The notes below the pieces were generated by a model. That model worked only from the letters and a program-made list of their open reading frames with translations. It was not told where the DNA came from and did no database searches. Positions 53,736-64,000 of a stretch of DNA of 64,000 nt are shown here, piece by piece (position 1 is the stretch's first letter; every line of letters starts with the position of its first letter). The translations under genes were made by a program, and so were the position numbers. The stretch lies in contig OX597819.1 in assembly GCA_951406725.2 (NCBI GenBank), forward strand, positions 133,610,001 to 133,674,000. The letters are read 5' to 3'. The DNA comes from Octopus vulgaris (lineage: Eukaryota).

Positions 53736-53879
53736 CTGATATTACAATTCGCTTTCTCCAAATAGGAAAATTTGCCCCACCCGTTTTCCTTCCTCATGTT
53801 ATTTCTCTAGTTACTCACTTTTCTTTTATTCTTTTAATGGTTTCAGTCGCAGGATTGCGGCCGTGATGGAGCACCACCT

Positions 53880-55080
53880 TAATTTAGTTAATTTGCAGGT
53901 CTTGATATCTATGGAATGGATTTCCTCTACAGACCAATCAAGTATCCCTAATGTTGGGATTAGCACTGGTACTGCAAATACATTGTGGGATATCGTTTTG
54001 TTGTTCCGACTGCCATATTTTCCTAAGTCTGGAGTAATATTCTCGGGTGACTCTATCCTTATTCACAGTGCCATCATATAATACATTTTCGCCTGTGCCT
54101 AAGTACTTGTAACATTCTTTGTGTGGAATGGGGGATATAGAGAGACCGTTGAGGAACAGGTTTTGGGTCTAGGGAACTGACTTTCCTCGTTCTATAACCA
54201 AATATGAAAATTTCTTTTGGCCAAATTCCATGCCTATATCAGCTGAAATTTTTGTTATTAATTTTAGTAGCTTTTTGGCATTGTTAACACTTTTAGCATA
54301 AATCTTAAGGTCGTCTACAAAGAAATTATGAGTTACACTGATATTTCTAGCAGTTGAAGGCCCTAACCCTAGCACGTGACCATTTGTTTTCTGCAGTAGG
54401 AACGATAATGGATTCAGTGCCAAAATGTAAAGAAGTACAAAAAGACTATCTCCCTGGAATATTCCCTTTGAAATGCCTGTAGTATCTGAAGCAATTATTC
54501 TGTTCTCAGTTGAAAGGGTGGGAATTGTTGTCCATGTGTTTGTGAATCTCTCTATAGCAACAATTAGGGTGGTGGGTACTTTCGCCAGAAGTAGGTACTT
54601 CAAAAGCTATGAATGAGAGATAGTGTCGAATGCCTTCTTATAGTAAAGCCATACTCTTACAAGGTTTCTGTGTTGTTTCCTTATTTCAGACAGAACAGCT
54701 TTGTTCATTAAAAGTTGTTCGGCCGTCATCCCCACACTCCCTTCTTTCCACCATCCTATTCATCATTCACAATGCTGTCCGACTCACAATGGTCCTGGGG
54801 GAATTGGTTGAGGCAACTTGTGTACGGTTTAGGCAAGCAATGGGCCTGTGGTTTCCTGCCATCTCACTGATTTCATTTTTGGCAAAAAGATTTGTCCTTG
54901 CTGTAGCAAACCAATTCGGTATATCAGTCTGACCTTCCATAGTCCTTTTGAACATACATATCGATTGGTTTCTATAAAATGTCAGCTTCTTGTACCAATA
55001 TCCAACTATTAGGTCCCTTCCAGGTGACTTCCCAGTCTGCAGTTTGCTTACTGCAATAGCGAAGGTTTCTGTATCAATTT
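53880..55080 (-). mobile_element. R4/Dong-like RT-domain fragment
   Basis: NHRPIACLN, GIFQGDSL..LALNPLSFLL, HNFFVDDLKIYA, DIGMEFG. Confidence 0.88.
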
Positions 55081-55241
55081 TGTATGTATGTATGTATTAT
55101 TTATTTATTTATTTATGCATGTATGTATGTATGTATGTATGTATGTATGTATGTATGTATGTATGTATGTATGTATGTATGTATGTATGTATGTATGTAT
55201 GTATGTATGAATGTATGGATGGATGGACGGATGTATGTATC

Positions 55242-55862
55242 GTTCATTCTTTATGATTGCTAATTAATTAAATAGCGGTGTTTACAGGAATGATTGAACA
55301 GTTGAATTATATACGTATGTAGGTAGACAGGTATTCTGTATAATGTCACAATGTTATTATCACTCCGAATACACTTGATGCACGTTCGAACTGGAGAACA
55401 AGCTACTCACTTCGTTTTGTCACGGAGAATATATATCTCTTGTTGACAAATGGTGTGTATACACCTAGATTAGCTTGCACCGCCACCTACCGAGATGTTA
55501 ATATTTCGGAGTAGTTATCTCCTCATCGACGTGCAACAAGCATACGCGGAGTGATAGAAATATTGCAATGTCACTTCGCACGGCTTAGCGCCCCCTCCCC
55601 ACTCACTCTCTCCTGCATAATATGCGACAATGTAAAGTTGACCAGACTGTCTTAATAGAATTTAATGCCTTTTTTTTCGTACTGTGATTAATATGACTTA
55701 TTAGGTCAACTGTGCTGAATGATAAAGGAGCGAGTGAGTATATATTCCAATACAATAAAACCTAATTAAGAGAGCCCAACGGAGATCGTTGTTGAAAATT
55801 TGTTCATTCTTTATGATTGCTAATTAATTAAATAGCGGTGTTTACAGAAATGATTGAACAGT
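55242..55862. repeat. 61-bp direct repeats 560 bp apart (one mismatch)
   Basis: gttcattctttatgattgctaattaattaaatagcggtgtttacag(g/a)aatgattgaacagt at 55242 and 55802. Confidence 0.9.
55349..55565. mobile_element. hAT-like MITE
   Basis: TIR caatgttattatcactccg..ttgatgcacgttcga versus tcgacgtgcaacaa..cggagtgatagaaatattg; 8-bp TSD (t/c)aatgtca. Confidence 0.7.
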
Positions 55863-56296
55863 GAACTATTTAGTCTCGTCCTGTAATTTGGTTTTTAAGT
55901 GGGACAAAATGTCTATGAATAAATCACATATTAACAATAATATATATGTGTGTGTACGTAGAATGTGTGTGTACGTAGAATGTGTGTGTACGTAGAATGT
56001 GTGTGTACGTTTCTATGTATATATATATTTCCTTCTCTCTTTCCATTTCTTACACGGGTCATCCAAAAAATACAAAAGGACCCAAAAAAGAAAAATACAC
56101 AGTTTTAAAACACACACACCCATATTCTCTCTCTTTCACCTTCTCCATCCCTCTATCTCCCTATCACTCCCTCTCTCTCTCTCTCGCTCTTCCACCTTCT
56201 CCCTCCCCCTATTCTCCATTATATACATACACACACTCTCTCTCTCCCCACTTCATTTACCAATAATATAAATACAGGCAAAACTTTTAAAACTGA

Positions 56297-56339
56297 CATT
56301 TCTGATGAAATTACAGGAGTAGTTGAAAGCGTTAATATG
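56297..56339 (+). ncRNA. Hammerhead ribozyme motif in a solo pLTR-like repeat (56285-56412)
   Basis: CUGAUGA 56302-56308, stem II aauuac/guaguu, GAAA, GCGU, UA, stem I cauuu/auaug (one mismatch). Confidence 0.7.
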
Positions 56340-56413
56340 AAGTAATAATATGTGATATGTAAATAAATATATATTTTTACAACCATCCAGCATTCTGAAC
56401 ATCTTTTTTCTTT

Positions 56414-56468
<55 letters not shown>

Positions 56469-56482
56469 GTATATATATATAT

Positions 56483-56516
<34 letters not shown>

Positions 56517-57089
56517 TAATTAATATCTTAGAAACAGCTGTAAGACCTTCTATCTATAAATGCTCTATGTATACAGCCTTGGTTTTTTATCTTATTACGC
56601 AAAAAATTCTTATATATATATATTCTTTTATTCTTTTACTTGTTTCGGTGGTGCACACCCTTTAGTCGAAAAAATCGCCCCCTGTCTTATTCTATTGGTC
56701 ACTTTTGCCGAACCGCCATATTTCGGGGACGTAAACACACCAACATCGGTTGTCAAACGATGGTGGAGGCACAAACACACACACACACATACACACACAA
56801 ACACACACACACATACACACACATATATATATATATATATTTATATATGTACACGACGGGCTTCTATCAGTTTCCATATACTAAATCTACTTACAAGGCA
56901 TTGGTTGGCCCGAGACTATACTAGTAGACACTAGCCCAAGGTATCACGCAGTGGGACTGATCCCAGAACACTGTGGTTGGTAAGCAAGCTACTTACCACC
57001 TAGCCACGCTGCGCCTCTATATACTACCTGCTTTTATAGCAAGTTGACGCAGAGAGTTTATCCCGTCCCCGTCCCACTTTTACTTCATG

Positions 57090-58245
57090 CAATTGAAAAA
57101 CACTGCATTATTTACTTGTACTTATTCTTAGTGCAAGTTTTGAAGAGTGCAGTTCGACTTTAACATTTATTTTTTTTAAAGCTGTAATGAAAGCGATAAA
57201 GGAGCATTTTCGGCATGATTTGTTTTATGAGTTAAATAAAAGAAACGACCCAACGGAAAGTGCGAAGAATATTAATGCAGTATATGGGGATCGGACAATA
57301 AGCGTAAGCCAGTGTCAACGGTGGTTCCAGAAATTCCGAGCCGGAAACTACAGCCTAAAAGACTAGCCTCGTCCTGAAAAATCTGTTGAGCTCGACGAGG
57401 ACGTCCTGCAAACCGTGGTGGAATAAAATCCCATGGTAACTGTTGAGGATGCGTCCCATAGGAAAAGTCAGAAAATTAGGTCAATAGGTTCCTCATAAAC
57501 CTTCTGAGTCTAATCGCGCGCAGAGAGTGAATGTGTGCTCTATTTTAATGTCACGTCTCACGAATGAATCCTTTTGAACCGAATAGGGATTGATAACGAG
57601 AAATGGGTTCTCTATAAAAATGTCAAACACCGAAGACAGTGGGAAGGGAAAGGAGAAACACCAGAACCCCAGGCAACAGATGGACTTCACCCACGTAAGG
57701 TTTTGTAATCTGTTTGGTGGGATATGAAAGGTTTTGTCCACTTTGAACTTTTAAACACTACCGAGACGATAACAAAGGAAATCTACTGCAAGCAGCTTGA
57801 GCGGCTTAAGACATTGCCAGAAGAAAAACGACCGTCATTGTTTTCAAGAGGAAAGGGGTTCTTCCGTCAGGATAATTCTCGGCCACATACAGAGAGGAGG
57901 ACATTCCAAAGGCTGGAGCAGATTGAATGGGAAAACGATGCCCCAACCACCATATTCGCCGGACATTGCCCTCTCCGATTGTCATTTATTCTGCAGTCTT
58001 CATAATCATTTGGACGGAAAAATTATGAATTCTATAGGCGAGGTCACCACCGTATTGGAGGAGTGTTTTTCGTCAAGGACAAGTGAATTTTAGAATAGGG
58101 GCTGTGCAAATCTACAAGAGAGATGGAAGGGCATTGTAGAAAAGGAAAGAGAGTATATTTTTGATCAAAAAAGAAATTCGTTTATTTTAATTTTGAAAAA
58201 TAAGAGAAATAAATATTCCCCATTATTTATGAGGTGATCCAAGAT
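57090..58245 (+). mobile_element. Near full-length decayed mariner transposon
   Basis: MKAIKEHFRH...CQRWFQKFRAG, NEKWVLY, VWWDMKG, QDNSRPH, PPYSPDIALSD; stops and frameshifts. Confidence 0.9.
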
Positions 58246-58266
58246 ATATATACACACACGCACACA

Positions 58267-58298
<32 letters not shown>

Positions 58299-58299
58299 T

Positions 58300-58418
<119 letters not shown>

Positions 58419-59288
58419 TAACGATGGCAAGAAAAGCCCCTTCATGGTAAATACTGCACTAAACTAAACGCAAAAGAAATAGACAAAGAAAAATCCCAGC
58501 AATGGTTGAGAAGCTCAGGACTCAAAGCAGAAACAAAGGGATTTTTAATTGCAGCACAAGACCAAAGCCTCCCCACCAGAAATTACCAAAAACATGTAAT
58601 GAAAAGAAATATTACAAGTAACTGCAGAATATGTGGAGATGGACAAGAAACAATAAATCATATTATCTCTAGCTGCCCAGTCCTGGCTAAGAAGGAATAT
58701 ATTCACAGACATGACAGAGTTGGAACCTACATACATTGGAAGCTATGCCAACATTATGGAATAACAACAGAAAAAAGATGGTATAGGCACACACCAGAAA
58801 AGGTCACAGAAAACGAGAAAGCAACCATACTCTGGGATATGCCGATACACACAGATAGAGAAATTAAGGCCAACAGACCAGATATAGTTGTCAGAGATCA
58901 TGAAGAAAAAAATGCTTTCTAATTGATGTATCGATACCGGCAGATGACAACGTGTCTCCAAAAGAAATGGAGAAACTCTCAAAATACAAAGACCTGGAAA
59001 TAGAGATAACTAGAATGTGGAACCTGAAAACAGAAACAATTCCTATCATAGTAGGTGCATTAGGCATGATAAAAAATATTCAGACAAATACATAACAAAA
59101 ACACCAGGACTTACAAACACATATAACATACAGAAAATTGCACTAATAGGCACTGCACACATCCTACGCAGAACACTTTCCATACAATAACCATCAGAGC
59201 ATCACAACAAATCACAGCACATACCCAAGGCACACAGTGCTGCGCTCGGTAGTGAAGTGAAAGCACGCTATAAAAATAAAACTACTGA
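58419..59288 (+). mobile_element. R4/Dong-like RLE element copy A in (TAA)n
   Basis: GFLIAAQDQSL, CRICGDGQETINHIISSC, RHD, ANRPDIVV. Confidence 0.92.
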
Positions 59289-59329
59289 ATAATAATAATA
59301 ATAATAATAATTATTATTATTATTATATA

Positions 59330-59717
59330 TTTTTTCTTCTTTCAAATTTGCTTCCATTTCTTGCCGAGTGTCTTCCCGACTCCTAGGGCAAAGAAACTCA
59401 TAGTATACATTGGTAAGCCATTAAACTAAACTCACTAGTTCGTTAATCCTTTTTTTTATAGAAATAAAGTTAAATTAAAATACATGGGTAGTAATAGTTC
59501 TCACATCGACAATGCTCTTCTCAATGCGTGTGATATACCAGTTAAGACAATCTTTTGCACTTCTTGCAGGGATGGTAAGCCAGGGATCATTCTCATATAA
59601 TTTTCGGTTCCCTTCTTGATCATTTCTAGTGCTCCTACGATCACTGGTATTGTAATCGCCTTGAGATGCCACATTTTCTCAATTTCAATGAGCAGGTCTT
59701 TATATTTTCTGAGCTTG

Positions 59718-59720
<3 letters not shown>
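59330..59720 (-). mobile_element. R4/Dong-like 3' end, copy B
   Basis: Minus strand DKLRKYKDLLIEIEKMWHLKAITIPVIVGAL. Confidence 0.85.
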
Positions 59721-59766
<46 letters not shown>

Positions 59767-59770
<4 letters not shown>

Positions 59771-60452
59771 TAGTTTTATTTTTATAGCGTGCTTTCACTT
59801 CACTACCGAGCGCAGCTCTGTGTGCCTTGGGTATGTGCTGTGATTTGTTGTGATGCTCTGATGGTTATTGTATGGAAAGTGTTCTGCGTAGGATGTGTGC
59901 AGTGCCTAGTAGTGCAATTTTCTGTATGTTATATGTGTTTGTAAGTCCTGGTGTTTTTCTTATGTATTTGTCTGAATATTTTTTTATCATGCCTAATGCA
60001 CCTACTATGATAGGAATTGTTTCTGTTTTCAGGTTCCACATTCTAGTTACCTCTATTTGCAGGTCTTTGTATTTTGAGAGTTTCTCCATTTCTTTTAGAG
60101 ACACGTTGTCATCTGCCGGTATTGATACATCAATTAGAAAGCATTTTTTTTCTTCATGATCTCTGACAACTATATCTGGTCTGTTGGCCTTAATTTCTCT
60201 ATCTGTGTGTATCGGCATATCCCAGAGTATGGTTGCTTTCTCGTTTTCTGTGACCTTTTCTGGTGTGTGCCTATACCATCTTTTTTCTGTTGTTATTCCA
60301 TAATGTTGGCATAGCTTCCAATGTATGTAGGTTCCAACTCTGTCATGTCTGTGAATATATTCCTTCTTCGCCAGGACTGGGCAGCTAGAGATAATATGAT
60401 TTATTGTTTCTTGTCCATCTCCACATATTCTGCAGTTACTTGTAATATTTCT
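59767..60452 (-). mobile_element. R4/Dong-like copy A', inverted near-identical copy of A
   Basis: ORF 60218-59865 ANRPDIVV..LIDVSIP..KYKDL; sequence mirrors 58601-59288. Confidence 0.92.
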
Positions 60453-60476
60453 TTCTTCTTCTTATTATTATTATTA

Positions 60477-60564
<88 letters not shown>

Positions 60565-60580
60565 CATCATCATCATTATT

Positions 60581-60636
<56 letters not shown>

Positions 60637-61672
60637 GCACAGAAAAAGCTAGGCGCATGAAAACCCGTGCCAAAACTGCGGCCTTAGATATTCCGAATAA
60701 TAGATGGCAAGAAAAACCTCTCTATGGCAAATACCCAAAGAGAGCGAATAGTGCAGATATTGACAAAGCCCTGACCCATCAATGGCTAATGGCCTCTGGC
60801 TTAAAATCTGAAACAGAGGGGTTTATCATAGCAGCTCAAGATCAATGCCTAACAACAAGAAACTACCAGGTCAACATATTAAAGAACGGCAGTAGCCCAA
60901 CATGTCGTGTATGCCGACAACAAAATGAAACCATTCATCATGTTGTCTCCAAATGCAGTCTTCTAGCGCCTACAGAGTACCTCAACAGGCATGATAGAGC
61001 TGCACAATATATTCACTGGGTAATTTGCAAAAACCTGGATTTGCCCCACGAAAAAAACTGGTGGGAACACAATCCACCTCCAGTGCTTGAAAATGACCAC
61101 ATCTCACTCCTCTGGAACTTCACCATTCAAACTGACAGGAAGATAGATGCAAATAGGCCAGACATCATATTGAAAGACTTCAGACAAAGAACATGCCTCC
61201 TCATTGATATGACTGTCCCAATCGATATAAACGTATCTGTCAAGACCTACCAAAAACTGAGCAAATATAAAGATCTTGAAATAGAAATCAGCAAAATGTG
61301 GAAGCTGAAGACTAAAACAATACCTGTTGTCATAGGTGCCCTGGGAATGATAGCGAAAGGGACTGATTGCTACCTAACTCAGATATCAGGAAACCCCAAA
61401 GTGGCAGAAATTCAAAAGATAGTGCTCATGGGAACTGTTCATATCCTACGCAAAATACTCTCTATGTAATCCCAAGGTTTAAAACAAAATTTTTTTATTT
61501 ATTTATTATTTTTTTTAAAATTTTATTTTTATGTATTAGACATTCACTAGTACAACACCAAAAGAGAAAAAAAAACCCCCAAATATATGGCACTGAACTT
61601 CCAACCTGTTGTCTCTTGAGGTCTCTGGGTGAGACTTGGAGCCAACTTGTACAGACATAAAGCAAAAGTCAA
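60637..61672 (+). mobile_element. R4/Dong-like copy C with uninterrupted C-terminal frame (to 61469)
   Basis: WQEKPLYG, CRVC..HVVSKC, RHD, ANRPDIILKD..LIDMTVP..KYKDL; (TAA)n on both sides. Confidence 0.92.
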
Positions 61673-61684
61673 ACATAATAATAA

Positions 61685-61721
<37 letters not shown>

Positions 61722-61722
<1 letters not shown>

Positions 61723-62140
61723 TTGAATGATAGAGCAGTGCTTGCCATCAAAGTGACACGGGTAAAATATACGAAGCTCAATATACCCATCAAGACTACC
61801 CGTCTGATAAGGGTACACCAGGCACATGCATCACAACCATGTGCGCGCGACATGGTGATCTCATATCAAGATAAACAGTACATGACCTTGTAAGTGGGAC
61901 CCAGTTAGAATTTTCTTCAGGTCCCTGAATAAGGGTTGATCAAGGATGTTGAACGAATCACCCATGTTTCCACAGGTGAATTATCCACAGGTGAATTATC
62001 CAAACCCCAAATAATTCCTCTCAACACATGTCTACTTCTGCATATGATCAGAGATACACATGTTGTTAGCCACTAAGGGACATGCTCAACTCGTTATGGT
62101 CAAGCAACTAACAAGCAAATCTGTGGTATTGAGCAGAAGC
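61722..62140 (-). mobile_element. Copy of the 16320-16866 non-coding (TAA)-associated element
   Basis: Reverse complement shares gatatgagatcaccatgtcgcgcac..ggttgtgatgcatgtgcctggtgtacc. Confidence 0.85.
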
Positions 62141-62751
62141 TCTATATGTATGTATGCATGTATGTATGTCTATACTTGTGACTTAGAGTTAATACAATAA
62201 AACAGATTGTCACGTGTTAAACTGGTTATTATGATCGGTTCCTTTAAAGAATCGGTGGGCTTGACATGTGTAGGAAAGGTTTCGACCTATACCGGGTCAG
62301 ATAATTCACTCAATAAAACCGCATCTTGCTTTTAATTCTTTACTCTAAATGTTTCGATAAATTGATCGTCTGCGCTTTATTCGTAGTAAAACACTATTTA
62401 ACCATCACCAAACATTTTTTAAAGTTTTCAGTCCTTCAATAAGTACGTCATCTATCATAATAAACGCAATCATTTCGAATATACTTCATAGATATGTGCC
62501 TATAAATATGTGCGTGCGCGTTGTGCCTATATGTGTGTGTGTATATAAATGTGTGTGCGTTGTGCCTATGTGTGTGTGTATATATATATGTGTGTGCGTG
62601 TGCGTGTGTATGTGCGAAGCTTTACTAGCAAAATGTAAACAGTAGAAATACTTGTTTCGTACAGATACAGTAAAAAATAATCAATAAGGATTAGCACAGA
62701 GACAAACATTATGTAAAGTTTTATAGATATATATGTGTGTGTGTGCGCGCC

Positions 62752-62805
<54 letters not shown>

Positions 62806-63216
62806 TATATATATGCTAAAGAGTAAATACATCATATTTTATTATAGACTTGAAGCTAAATCTAATTAAATTCAGAATACAATCCATAGACATGATGTGC
62901 TTGTGCGTGTATGTGTATCTGTGTACATGTACGTATGTATGCGTATGTGTGTATATGTGTATCTGTGTATGCGTGCGTGTGTACGCGTATGTTTGTCTGT
63001 GTGTATGCGTGTGTGTGTGTGTGTGTTTTGCTATTAAATGTAAACAACGGAAGTTCTGCTTCCATCTGATTTGCAGTAAAACAGAATGCAAAACGATGGC
63101 AGCTGCGCTCGTAAAGTTTTCATTTATTGTTGCAATCTCACCGTTTCTACGCGGAACCATTTCACCACACAATCGCGCGCGCGTACAATCTCTCACATTT
63201 AACAATTTTATCTACG

Positions 63217-63253
<37 letters not shown>

Positions 63254-63402
63254 GCATATATGCATATATACGCATGTAAGCATATATATGCATATGTATA
63301 CGTATGTTTCTGTGTATGTGTGTGTGTTTGTATGTATGTGTATATGTATATGCATGTATATATATATTAGAAGGTTTGTAGGTGATGTAAAGGTATTATA
63401 TA

Positions 63403-63653
63403 TAGAAAAAATGAGGTACTCCGAGATCTGGATGGTTGTACATTTACAGATTTTTATTAATATGTCACATGTTTTTATAAATCCTATATTAGCGCTTGCA
63501 TCTACTCTAGTAGATTTTTCAGATTTCTCAAATCTGAAAAATCTACTAGAGTAGATGCAAGCGCTAATATAGGATTTATAAAAACATGTGACATATTAAT
63601 AAAAATCTGTAAATGTACAACCATCCAGATCTCGGAGTACCTCATTTTTTCTA
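63403..63653. repeat. Perfect palindrome (124-bp arms, 3-nt loop) made of a pLTR-like repeat
   Basis: 63403-63526 is the exact reverse complement of 63530-63653; arm homologous to 56297-56412. Confidence 0.95.
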
Positions 63654-64000
63654 ATATATATATTTATATATATATGCATATCATGCACATACATATATGT
63701 GCGGAGTGTGTATGATATGTGTGTGTGTGTGTGTGTGTGTTCAATTTCAGAGTGAAGGCACACGCATACAGACACACCTACGCAGAGAACACAGAGATTG
63801 ACACACGCATACAATGTAGGTTGTCGGAAGCAATGACTGCTTTCAACACGAAATTCAAACTTTAGAAAACTTAAAAGCAAGACGACATTTTGAAGATTTC
63901 TTTGGTAATTTTTACAACTTGTGGATTAGAATTAATTGGTGATTGGTAAGTATAATTAAAATCAATCTTGGGTGGTCAGGTCAATCAGCATTATTGTTAT

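Noticed and set aside
60321-61469. 382-aa ORF as a membrane-anchored nuclease gene
   Set aside because: N-terminus is the antisense of copy A' plus (TTA)n/(ATA)n translated as poly-Leu/Ile; only 60637 onward is real transposon coding sequence
62850-63554. 234-aa ORF
   Set aside because: Microsatellites plus one palindrome arm; not a protein

Overview
AT-rich, repeat-saturated eukaryotic (animal) intergenic or intronic DNA. The SINE types and dense (TA)n/(CA)n/(TAA)n/(CATA)n tracts resemble octopus/cephalopod genomes (inference from recognition, not checked). I can support no host protein-coding exon; nearly all long ORFs are microsatellite translations or decayed transposon fragments. Contents: tRNA-derived SINEs, R4/Dong-like RLE non-LTR fragments sitting in (TAA)n, RTE and CR1 LINE fragments, Penelope-like elements (PLEs) with minimal hammerhead ribozymes, three mariner relics, hAT MITEs, a non-autonomous Helitron and fold-back elements. 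Most interesting: (1) a head-to-tail stack of retroposons at 26.1-30.6 kb, two of which encode only a gag-like zinc-knuckle ORF1 (no RT), whose 3' tail is shared with the dominant SINE; (2) that SINE repeatedly joined into copies of its own family at one fixed nucleotide, once with a 28-bp target duplication; (3) several PLE hammerheads, one downstream of a tRNA-like Pol III cassette, plus inverted pLTR doublets including a perfect 124-bp-arm palindrome; (4) a (TAA)n/(TTA)n insertion hotspot producing a ~690-bp near-identical inverted repeat. All alignments, identities and folds were done by eye.
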